From: a virus
Taxonomy: Duplodnaviria; Caudoviricetes
Strand: one strand, 5' to 3'
IMG/VR virus record: IMGVR_UViG_3300009550_000529
Location: 1 to 39,644 of that record
DNA: 39,644 nt
The notes under the pieces were generated by a model that made no database searches, was not told the DNA's origin, and saw only the letters and a program-made list of their open reading frames with translations. The position numbers and the translations under genes were made by a program. Position 1 is the stretch's first letter. Every line of letters begins with the position of its first letter. Below, piece after piece: positions 32,655 to 39,644 of the stretch.

Positions 32655-34058
32655 ATGCGTTTTAAAACTTTCACTATACAAGAAGCAGTCAAGCTAACCC
32701 CACAACAATTGGAAAAAAATAATTCCAAAACGGGTGAAGCCAGAATCGATATTCTTATGCGTCTTATTCAAGACAAAGTTCCTTTGGAACTTGCAAAAGG
32801 TGGAACGTTTAAAGTTGGTGATGAATACATTGATGACGCCATAGCACATTGTCAAAATTTTAAAAAAAATTCAGACCATTACGGCAAATCTGGATTTCCT
32901 CTTACAGATAAAACTGGAAAGGAAATTAAATCAAACGATCTTGCTAAATCTAAAGTAATGGGTGGTGGAACCGGTGGCGCTGGTTCTGGTTCAAAAGATA
33001 CCGCAAGGAACGAATCTCATAACGCATGTATGATGCGTGCAATGGTCGATGATGGTTGGAGTAATGATTTAGATCATTTTGACGAAGCACGTATAGCAAA
33101 AGCGTATAAAGATAATGGTTCCAAACACATTGACATTAATACAGATCAAATATTAGAAGCACCAGATAACTGGGTTATGTCTTCGTATGTTATATCTAAA
33201 TGGTTAGCAAAAGAAGGATATATCCATAAAGGTCAAGTCTTCGACCGCGCGGGTCCGTACATGACTTTAATATATCAATTAAAGAATATGGCTTATAAGA
33301 ATAATGGATTTAAACCATTAAAAGATGATAAGTGGAACCCAGGTGATGTTTGGGCCGTAGAAAAAGGTATGGATGTAAAAAAAGAACTAGATGTTAGTTC
33401 TGTTGGCGCACTAAACGCTTCCATTATGAAATTGTTTAATGAAAGAAGATTAGTTGCTATCTCATTAAAGGGTCCAGAGAAAAGCGATCCTCCACCAAAT
33501 AAAGAATATAATAACAAAGTACCACCAGAAACCCCAAGACATAAATTAAAAGCAATTGAACTAGAATCCAAAGGTGGAAACTTTTGGTCATCAAAAGGTA
33601 TGACAATTGTTTATGATACTGGGGCTATGACATTTAAGGATAACTCTCCAGGTGATTCAAACAAAGCTGAAATAAAAGGTAAGAAAGCCAGAGGTGGTGG
33701 ATTATCTTGGGGTATTATGCTAGACTTTATAAAAAGAACTGTTGGTAAAGCTCCTCCCGCACACGCGAAGGGTATTAAACCTAAAGCCAAGCAAATAGCA
33801 AAAGGTAATAGAAGAGCTACTAAATTAATGTTTGATTTATATAGTGAATTCTATAGGGGTACAAAATTTAAAGACTTTGAAGAAGAACTAAAGAAGAAAG
33901 ATTGGACATGGATCTCTGCTAAACTTGGTGCTTTATATGTTGCATATTTCTTACAAAAGAATATAGGGCAAAAGGCAGATAACATTATGACAAACTTTGT
34001 TAACTATGCAGGTTCAAATATGACCGATTCTTCAACTTACATAAAGGTAGGAAAATGA
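32655..34058 (+). CDS. Probable capsid-packaged protein with PD-(D/E)XK-like nuclease motifs
   Basis: N-terminal MRFKTFTIQE|A; NES helix, KWNPGDVWAV, LVAISLKG; start 32640/32649/32655 uncertain. Confidence 0.55.
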   Translation: MRFKTFTIQEAVKLTPQQLEKNNSKTGEARIDILMRLIQDKVPLELAKGGTFKVGDEYIDDAIAHCQNFKKNSDHYGKSGFPLTDKTGKEIKSNDLAKSKVMGGGTGGAGSGSKDTARNESHNACMMRAMVDDGWSNDLDHFDEARIAKAYKDNGSKHIDINTDQILEAPDNWVMSSYVISKWLAKEGYIHKGQVFDRAGPYMTLIYQLKNMAYKNNGFKPLKDDKWNPGDVWAVEKGMDVKKELDVSSVGALNASIMKLFNERRLVAISLKGPEKSDPPPNKEYNNKVPPETPRHKLKAIELESKGGNFWSSKGMTIVYDTGAMTFKDNSPGDSNKAEIKGKKARGGGLSWGIMLDFIKRTVGKAPPAHAKGIKPKAKQIAKGNRRATKLMFDLYSEFYRGTKFKDFEEELKKKDWTWISAKLGALYVAYFLQKNIGQKADNIMTNFVNYAGSNMTDSSTYIKVGK

Positions 34059-34432
34059 AATCATTTAAAGATAGACATTTTGGATTACATGAGGGTAAAA
34101 TGGTTCCTTTGGAACAACCTATGGTCGAGGCAGAATACCAAGGCGATAATGTTGAACTAAATAAACCAAGAAGAAGTTCAGGTCCAAAAAAATTCGTAGT
34201 ATACGTAAAAGACCCTTCATCAGGAAACGTTAAGAAAGTTAATTTTGGAAACGCAAAAGATGTAGAAGGTGGAGACGTAAAAATTAATGACAAAGAAAGA
34301 GCTAAAGCTTTTTCGGATAGACATGATTGTCCGAATAAGAAAGATAAATTAGCTCCTGGATATTGGGCATGTAATTTGCCTAGATATGCTAAACAGTTAG
34401 GATTAAAAGGTGGCGGAAATTATTTCTGGTAA
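34055..34432 (+). CDS. Conserved hypothetical (DUF6321-like) head-associated protein
   Basis: MKSFKD...LHE|G; AEYQG..VELNKP, KKFVVYVK, VKKVNFG, F..RH.C, GYWAC. Confidence 0.6.
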   Translation: MKSFKDRHFGLHEGKMVPLEQPMVEAEYQGDNVELNKPRRSSGPKKFVVYVKDPSSGNVKKVNFGNAKDVEGGDVKINDKERAKAFSDRHDCPNKKDKLAPGYWACNLPRYAKQLGLKGGGNYFW

Positions 34433-34682
34433 ACCTTATACCGAACAAGACGGTATCAGGACATTTAATGTTCAGGCACCTGATAGTGAATATGTTTGGC
34501 ATAGAGATAATTCAGATCGTGAAGTAGAAATACTAGAAGGAGAAGGTTGGCAATTACAAATAGAAGATTGTTTACCTATGTTATTAAACGATGTTAAAAA
34601 GGTATTTATTCCAAAAGGGGTTTACCATAGACTAATAAAAGGATATAATACTTTAAAGGTACAAATAAATGAAATCACTTAA
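34410..34682 (+). CDS. Small cupin-fold protein
   Basis: WHRD..DREVEILEGEGW.LQ...VFIPKGVYHRLIKG. Confidence 0.7.
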   Translation: MAEIISGKPYTEQDGIRTFNVQAPDSEYVWHRDNSDREVEILEGEGWQLQIEDCLPMLLNDVKKVFIPKGVYHRLIKGYNTLKVQINEIT

Positions 34683-35904
34683 ACAATACATTCCGGAATC
34701 TAAGAATACTCACATGACACATATTGAGGATTTAGTTCTGGATGGTGGAGTTAAGGGAGCCAGACAGGCAATACTTGCCCTTCGATCACTAAGGGATATG
34801 CTTGCTGGGAATTCACCCACAACGGTAGACGTCACTGTGAAGTGGGACGGTGCTCCCGCCGTATTCGCGGGAATTGATCCAAGCGATGGTCAATTCTTCG
34901 TTGCAAAGAAAGGGATCTTTGCAAAAACTGGGGCTAAGGTGTATAAGAATCATGATGACATTGATGCAGATACATCTGGCGATTTAAATAAAAAACTTAA
35001 GCTCGCATTTAACGAACTAAAAGATCTTGGGATAACAGGAGTTATACAAGGTGACTTTATGTTTGAAAAGAAAGATCTTAAGATAGAAAAAATAAATGGT
35101 ATTAAACATTTAGTCTTTCACCCAAATACAATCGCTTATGCCGTACCGGTAAACACACCTTTAGCAAAAGAAATAGCTAAAGCAAAAGTAGGAATAGTAT
35201 GGCATACATCTTACTCAGGCGCAAACTTTCAATCCATGAAGGCAGAGTTTGGTGGTAATATAACTAAAAAATTAAAACAATCTAAATCTGTTTGGATGCA
35301 GGACGCAACATTACCTGGTACACAAGAAGCAGTATTAGATTCCAAAACAACAAAAGAAGTTACATTGGCATTATCAAATGCTGGTAAAATGTTTCAAAAG
35401 ATTAAGTCAGGTGTATTAAAAGAGATAGAAAGTAATAAAGAATTAAATATGGTTCTGAATATATTTAACAATACAAAGGTTAGAGAAGGAACTAGAATAA
35501 CAGATACATCTAAACATGTTGACGAATTAATCGATTGGGTTAATAATCGTTACACAAAACAAGCAGATAAAATGAAATCAGACAAAGGTAAAGCTGGCGT
35601 TGAAGCTAAAAAATCTGCAGTATTATCATTTTTCAGTAAAGAAAATAAGAAAAATCTGAAAAATGTCTTTGATTTACAGAATTTTATTGTTGATAGTAAA
35701 TTAATTATTATAAATAAACTAAACAGTCTCAGTAATATTGGGACGTTTGTAAAAACAAAATCCGGATTTAAGGTAACCAACGCGGAAGGTTTTGTTGCCA
35801 TAGATCGTACGGAAGGTGGAGCTGTTAAGCTTGTTGATAGATTAGAATTTTCTTTTAACAACTTTAGCAAAGATATAATTAAAGGCTGGGATAATCCAGG
35901 CTAA
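34669..35904 (+). CDS. DUF6267-like protein with ligase/capping-enzyme nucleotidyltransferase motifs
   Basis: TVKWDGAP (KxDG, motif I), IQGDFMF (III), EGFVAI (IV), VKLVDR (V); N-terminal MKSLKQYIPE|S. Confidence 0.65.
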   Translation: MKSLKQYIPESKNTHMTHIEDLVLDGGVKGARQAILALRSLRDMLAGNSPTTVDVTVKWDGAPAVFAGIDPSDGQFFVAKKGIFAKTGAKVYKNHDDIDADTSGDLNKKLKLAFNELKDLGITGVIQGDFMFEKKDLKIEKINGIKHLVFHPNTIAYAVPVNTPLAKEIAKAKVGIVWHTSYSGANFQSMKAEFGGNITKKLKQSKSVWMQDATLPGTQEAVLDSKTTKEVTLALSNAGKMFQKIKSGVLKEIESNKELNMVLNIFNNTKVREGTRITDTSKHVDELIDWVNNRYTKQADKMKSDKGKAGVEAKKSAVLSFFSKENKKNLKNVFDLQNFIVDSKLIIINKLNSLSNIGTFVKTKSGFKVTNAEGFVAIDRTEGGAVKLVDRLEFSFNNFSKDIIKGWDNPG

Positions 35905-35922
35905 ATGGGAATAACCGAGGAT

Positions 35923-36273
35923 ATGAAATCATTTAAAGAGTTTCATCAAACAGACGAGGCCTTGTCAATGGCAACTCGTATGAAGATGAAGGCAGCATTT
36001 AGAAAGAATAAAGCCAAGATCGCAATTGGTAGAAAGAAAGCTGCAAAAAAACTCGCATCCCCAGAAAAGCTCAAGTCAAGAGCAGTTAAGCAAGCCCGTA
36101 ATTTAATTATAAAGAAGATGTTAAAAGGAAGAGATAAGTCTGAACTTTCTTTTGCCGCAAGAGGTGATTTAGAAAAGAAAGTATCAAAGAAGAAAGGTAA
36201 GATAATGAAACTTGCTAAGAAACTTCTCCCTGCCGTAAAAAAAGCTGATAAAGCAAAATTGAGAAAAGATTGA
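35923..36273 (+). CDS. Very basic hypothetical internal-head-like protein
   Basis: MKSFKEFHQTDE|AL then K/R/A-rich helices; start 35905 or 35923. Confidence 0.65.
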   Translation: MKSFKEFHQTDEALSMATRMKMKAAFRKNKAKIAIGRKKAAKKLASPEKLKSRAVKQARNLIIKKMLKGRDKSELSFAARGDLEKKVSKKKGKIMKLAKKLLPAVKKADKAKLRKD

Positions 36274-36274
36274 T

Positions 36275-37483
36275 ATGAAAGAATTTAAATCATTTAGTAA
36301 TTATTTAAAAGAAAACACGAACGACGTAGTATTTGCATTTGGTCGATTTAATCCACCAACTATTGGTCATGAAAAATTAATGGAAGCAGTAAAGAAATTA
36401 GCAAGAGGTGGAACATATAGAATATATCCAAGTCAATCTCAAGATGCTAAAAAGAATCCATTAGACTTTAAATTAAAAGTAAAGTTTATGAGAAAGATGT
36501 TTCCTAAACATGCTAGAAACATTATGGCTGATAAAGGAATGAGAACAGCATTTGATGTTATTGTTGCTCTATATGACCAAGGATATACAAAGGTTACATT
36601 TGTAGCTGGTGAAGATAGAATCATAGAATTTAATAAACTCTTTAACAAATATAATGGTGTTAAAGGAAGACATGGCTTTTACCAATTTGAGAATGGGGTA
36701 AAGGTCGTAAGCGCGGGCGAACGCGATCCGGATGCCGAAGGCGCTACTGGTATGTCAGCTTCTAAATTAAGAGCGGCAGCCTCTGACAATAATTTAAAAT
36801 TATTTGCTAAAGGTATGCCAAAAGGATTTAAAGAAGTAGAAAGCCTATTCAATGCAGTAAGAGCTGGTATGGGTTTAAAAGAATCCAAAGACTTTAGAAA
36901 ACATGTACAGTTAGAAAAAGTTTCCGACAGAAGAGAAGATTATGTAAACGGAAAACTATTTAGAACTGGTGACGAAGTTATAATAAAAGAAACCCAAGAG
37001 GTTGGAAAGATTACAGTTCTTGGAGCTAACTATGTTATGGTTGATTTTGGAAATAGCAAAAGAAGGTGTTGGCTCGAAGATATAGAACTATTTGAATATT
37101 TAGAAACAATGGCTGGGGAAGATGGAACAAAGAAATTAGTTAAGAACTATAAGAAGATGACCCCAGGCGAAGGTATGAAAGAAACTAAAAAGTCTTTTAG
37201 GAGTTTCTTAGAAAAGAAAAAGAAAAGAGATACACATGGGGATAAGCTAAGAAAAGACTTTGAAGCTAATCCAGGTAAGGGAGATGATTCCACAGACGCT
37301 AAAAGAAGAGCACAGTTTAATAAGCAGGCAGAGATGGATGATGATAACCCAAGGGCATATAAAGATGCACCAGGGGACAAAAAAGCTAGATCTAAACCTA
37401 TGAAAAAGTCACAATATACAACTGCTTACCATAGAATGTATGGTGATAAGGAAAAAGAATTGGAGAAAAAGAAAAAGAAATGA
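36275..37483 (+). CDS. Cytidylyltransferase/NMNAT-like (HIGH superfamily) protein with C-terminal modules
   Basis: FGRFNPPTIGHEKL, KNPL, VAGEDR, VSAGERDPD, MSASKLR; then an SH3-like segment (GDEV..G.ITVLGANYV) and a basic tail. Confidence 0.8.
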   Translation: MKEFKSFSNYLKENTNDVVFAFGRFNPPTIGHEKLMEAVKKLARGGTYRIYPSQSQDAKKNPLDFKLKVKFMRKMFPKHARNIMADKGMRTAFDVIVALYDQGYTKVTFVAGEDRIIEFNKLFNKYNGVKGRHGFYQFENGVKVVSAGERDPDAEGATGMSASKLRAAASDNNLKLFAKGMPKGFKEVESLFNAVRAGMGLKESKDFRKHVQLEKVSDRREDYVNGKLFRTGDEVIIKETQEVGKITVLGANYVMVDFGNSKRRCWLEDIELFEYLETMAGEDGTKKLVKNYKKMTPGEGMKETKKSFRSFLEKKKKRDTHGDKLRKDFEANPGKGDDSTDAKRRAQFNKQAEMDDDNPRAYKDAPGDKKARSKPMKKSQYTTAYHRMYGDKEKELEKKKKK

Positions 37484-38310
37484 AACAATTTAAACAACTA
37501 AGAGAAGGACTTTGGGCTAACATTCATAAGAAAAGAAAAGAAGGTCGTCCAATGAGAAAGAAAGGTGAGAAAGGCGCACCAACAGCAGCTGCTATGGCTA
37601 AAGCAAAAGCTGGTTCCAAGAATGGAAGTACATCGATGGAAGCTGTTGAACAAGCTCTAACACAATTAGAAAAAGCATACGATGCAAAAGATATAGCAAA
37701 GGTTAAAGTTTTAGAAAAGAAATTAGAAAAAATGCTTAAAGAAGTAGATAAGACTATGAAAGGTTCAGGTTTATCTGCACCGGCATTCTCAATGGTTCGT
37801 GGTGGTATCGTAAAAGGTCTTGAAGCTATAAAGAAATTCTATAGAATTGCAGACAAAAATGAAAGTGTTAATGAAGACGGTATGATGTCAGTAAGAAAAC
37901 AGAATATGTCTAAAGTTAAACCCATGTTATCTAAACTTGCACAGAAACATAAAGGTGTTACTTTAGATTTCGAAAAAGATGGTATTACCGTAAACTTTAA
38001 AGGAAAAGATAAAGACATTGATAATCTAATGAGAGATATGGAAAAAGACAAAAAGCTTATGAAGCTTATGGAGTTAACAGAAGGAAAAGGTACAGATGCA
38101 GCTTTACAGAAAAAAGCTGATGCATCTGGTATTTCAAAAAGTATTTTAAAAAAGGTATATGATAGAGGATTAGCTGCTTGGAAGGTTGGACACAAACCAG
38201 GTACAACTCCACAACAATGGGGAATGGCTAGAGTAAACTCCTTCATAACAAAAGGTAAAGTTTGGCACAAGTATGACAGTGACTTACGTAAACAACACCA
38301 AGGTAAATAG
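37480..38310 (+). CDS. Modular basic head-associated protein (C-terminal DUF5824-like)
   Basis: MKQFKQLRE|GLWANIHKKR; C-terminal KKADASGISKSILKKVYDRGLAAW..GH.PG.TPQQW.MARVNSF. Confidence 0.65.
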   Translation: MKQFKQLREGLWANIHKKRKEGRPMRKKGEKGAPTAAAMAKAKAGSKNGSTSMEAVEQALTQLEKAYDAKDIAKVKVLEKKLEKMLKEVDKTMKGSGLSAPAFSMVRGGIVKGLEAIKKFYRIADKNESVNEDGMMSVRKQNMSKVKPMLSKLAQKHKGVTLDFEKDGITVNFKGKDKDIDNLMRDMEKDKKLMKLMELTEGKGTDAALQKKADASGISKSILKKVYDRGLAAWKVGHKPGTTPQQWGMARVNSFITKGKVWHKYDSDLRKQHQGK

Positions 38311-39123
38311 GTGAACGAAAAGTTAAAAGTTTCTGACGGTATAGGTGCTTGGATTAAAGACTTCATGAAGTCTGATGCTCCACAATTTGATGGTAAGAGT
38401 ATGGACAGAAGAAGAAAAATGGCAATTGCGGCGTTTGTAGATGCCGGAGGAAAATTAAAAGAGGGTAAAATGAATAACGAAGGTAAAATGGATGGATCAA
38501 AGTTAACTGGTCAAGAGATCAGTGTATACTTTCGAAAGAATCCAATAAAAGCGACAGATAAGAAATACGGCAAAATGTTAAAGAAAGCCGTTGAATTTGC
38601 ACTAGACCACGGCGGAGCAATGAGCTACGCTATTAAAGGTATAGAGAAAATGGCGAGGGGTTTATCTAAACATCCCGAAGTTAAAAAAGCTTTAAGATAT
38701 GCAAACGAAAGTGTACACCACGAATCAGTTTGGACTGTTAAGAATATTATACAGGAAAACTATACACGTAACTTTGAAACACTATGTCAAAGCTTAAAGT
38801 TAAATGGTATACAACAAAAGATCTTAGATGACTTTATTCACAAAGGAAGAATTAGAGATCAATACGTTGGACGTGTAGCTGGATCTAAAAAAGAATCTAG
38901 AGTATTTGCAGGTAAAAAGAAATTTACTGGGAGTATCGAAAATAGAAACGAAGCTTTAACTCAAGCCCTCAAAGTTAATGCTAAACAAAAATCTATTCTT
39001 GATGCTTATCTAAAAACAGGTAAAGTGATCGGTAAGTACACAGGTTCAATGGCTGGATCAACAAAGACAACTAAAGAATATAAAGGCTTTAGAGGATTTA
39101 AAGAACATTTCGAGAAAGGATAA
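38311..39123 (+). CDS. Modular hypothetical protein with internal repeat
   Basis: GTG start directly after the upstream TAG; IGAWIKDFMKSDAPQFDGKS...MAIAA module; duplicated LK.N..Q..ILD.....G.....Y.G..AGS. Confidence 0.65.
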   Translation: MNEKLKVSDGIGAWIKDFMKSDAPQFDGKSMDRRRKMAIAAFVDAGGKLKEGKMNNEGKMDGSKLTGQEISVYFRKNPIKATDKKYGKMLKKAVEFALDHGGAMSYAIKGIEKMARGLSKHPEVKKALRYANESVHHESVWTVKNIIQENYTRNFETLCQSLKLNGIQQKILDDFIHKGRIRDQYVGRVAGSKKESRVFAGKKKFTGSIENRNEALTQALKVNAKQKSILDAYLKTGKVIGKYTGSMAGSTKTTKEYKGFRGFKEHFEKG

Positions 39124-39127
39124 TAAT

Positions 39128-39644
39128 ATGGGATATAAAAGATTAACAGATTTATACATTGACATAGTCGAAGGTAAAACCGATATGACTGCTATATCCT
39201 CTTGGAAAAAGAAATTGAAGGATGTAAAAGGTTTAACTAAACAACAAATACAAATGTTAAGTACTTTACCAACACCAGTCATTACTTCTCTTATAAACCA
39301 AGTTGGTATGATTGTTGCTGATATGAGTGAAGATATAAGTGAAGGTAAAAGAACAGATGGTGGAACATCTTTTATGTTTAAGAATGGTCCAGATTCTAAA
39401 AAGTTCTTAGCCTTTGCAAAAAATTATAGAAAGGCAGAAAGATGGACAATGAATGGTTTATGGTTTGTAGATGTATACGATGTTAATACCAAAGTCGCTC
39501 GTCACTTAGTTAAGTATCACCAACAGTTTTGGAAAGAAGATGTTAATGAAGGTATGAACATGAAACAGATCATGCGTAAACATGGAAGAGAGTTAAAGAA
39601 GGCCGTAAAAACTGGTAACTTAGAATTATCTGACAAAGCAGAAG
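39128..39644 (+). CDS. Hypothetical modular protein, 3'-truncated by window edge
   Basis: MGYKRLTDLYIDIVEGKTDM... is open to the window end; not in the ORF track. Confidence 0.7.
   Translation, partial: MGYKRLTDLYIDIVEGKTDMTAISSWKKKLKDVKGLTKQQIQMLSTLPTPVITSLINQVGMIVADMSEDISEGKRTDGGTSFMFKNGPDSKKFLAFAKNYRKAERWTMNGLWFVDVYDVNTKVARHLVKYHQQFWKEDVNEGMNMKQIMRKHGRELKKAVKTGNLELSDKAE

Noticed and set aside
5305-35716. Intragenic TATAAATA at 5305, 8328, 29864 and 35709
   Set aside because: Could be late promoters (29864 for the porin unit, 35709 for downstream head proteins), but chance occurrence in AT-rich DNA cannot be excluded
1154-39282. All minus-strand ORFs in the track (e.g. 1409..1720, 20515..20949, 37839..38366)
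   Set aside because: They lie antisense to well-supported + strand genes, lack SD, promoter and motifs, and look like codon-bias shadows
1-39644. tRNA genes, CRISPR array, transposase/integrase, homing endonuclease
   Set aside because: Intergenic gaps are short and explained by promoters, hairpins or microproteins; no cloverleaf, repeat-spacer array or HNH/GIY-YIG/recombinase motifs seen by eye

Overview
AT-rich (roughly one-third GC by eye) segment of a T4-like myovirus, most likely marine. A gammaproteobacterial host is a weak inference from the bS21 and Hsp20 sequences. Essentially all genes are on the + strand. Order: gp22 (partial), gp23, gp3, uvsY, a KpsS-like glycosyltransferase, uvsW, an Sm-like gene, gp55, gp47, gp46, a CobT/vWA and CobS/MoxR pair, DUF3310, gp45, gp44, gp62, regA, hsp20 and gp43. 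Next comes a nucleotide/nuclease accessory block: UDG-like, MazG-like, AEP primase-like, SleB, SNase and PD-(D/E)XK-like genes. This is followed by a tightly coupled candidate base-modification operon: a Nmad1/MazG-like gene, a thymidylate-synthase homologue with the dCMP-type Asp, an asparagine-synthetase-like amidotransferase and dCMP deaminase. After that lie ahpC, bS21, uvsX, gp41, a TorF-like porin and a late cluster of proteins with T4 capsid-targeting-like N-termini (nuclease-like, ligase-like, nucleotidyltransferase-like). Non-coding signals: 13 copies of a G-tract sigma70-type promoter (one antisense, several giving leaderless mRNAs), TATAAATA late promoters, a ROSE-like thermometer before hsp20, and short CGCG-rich islands embedded in coding sequence. 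Best candidates for something new are the TS+AsnB cytosine-modification operon, the CGCG islands and the capsid-packaged enzyme cluster. All family calls are from motif recognition only; no searches were run.
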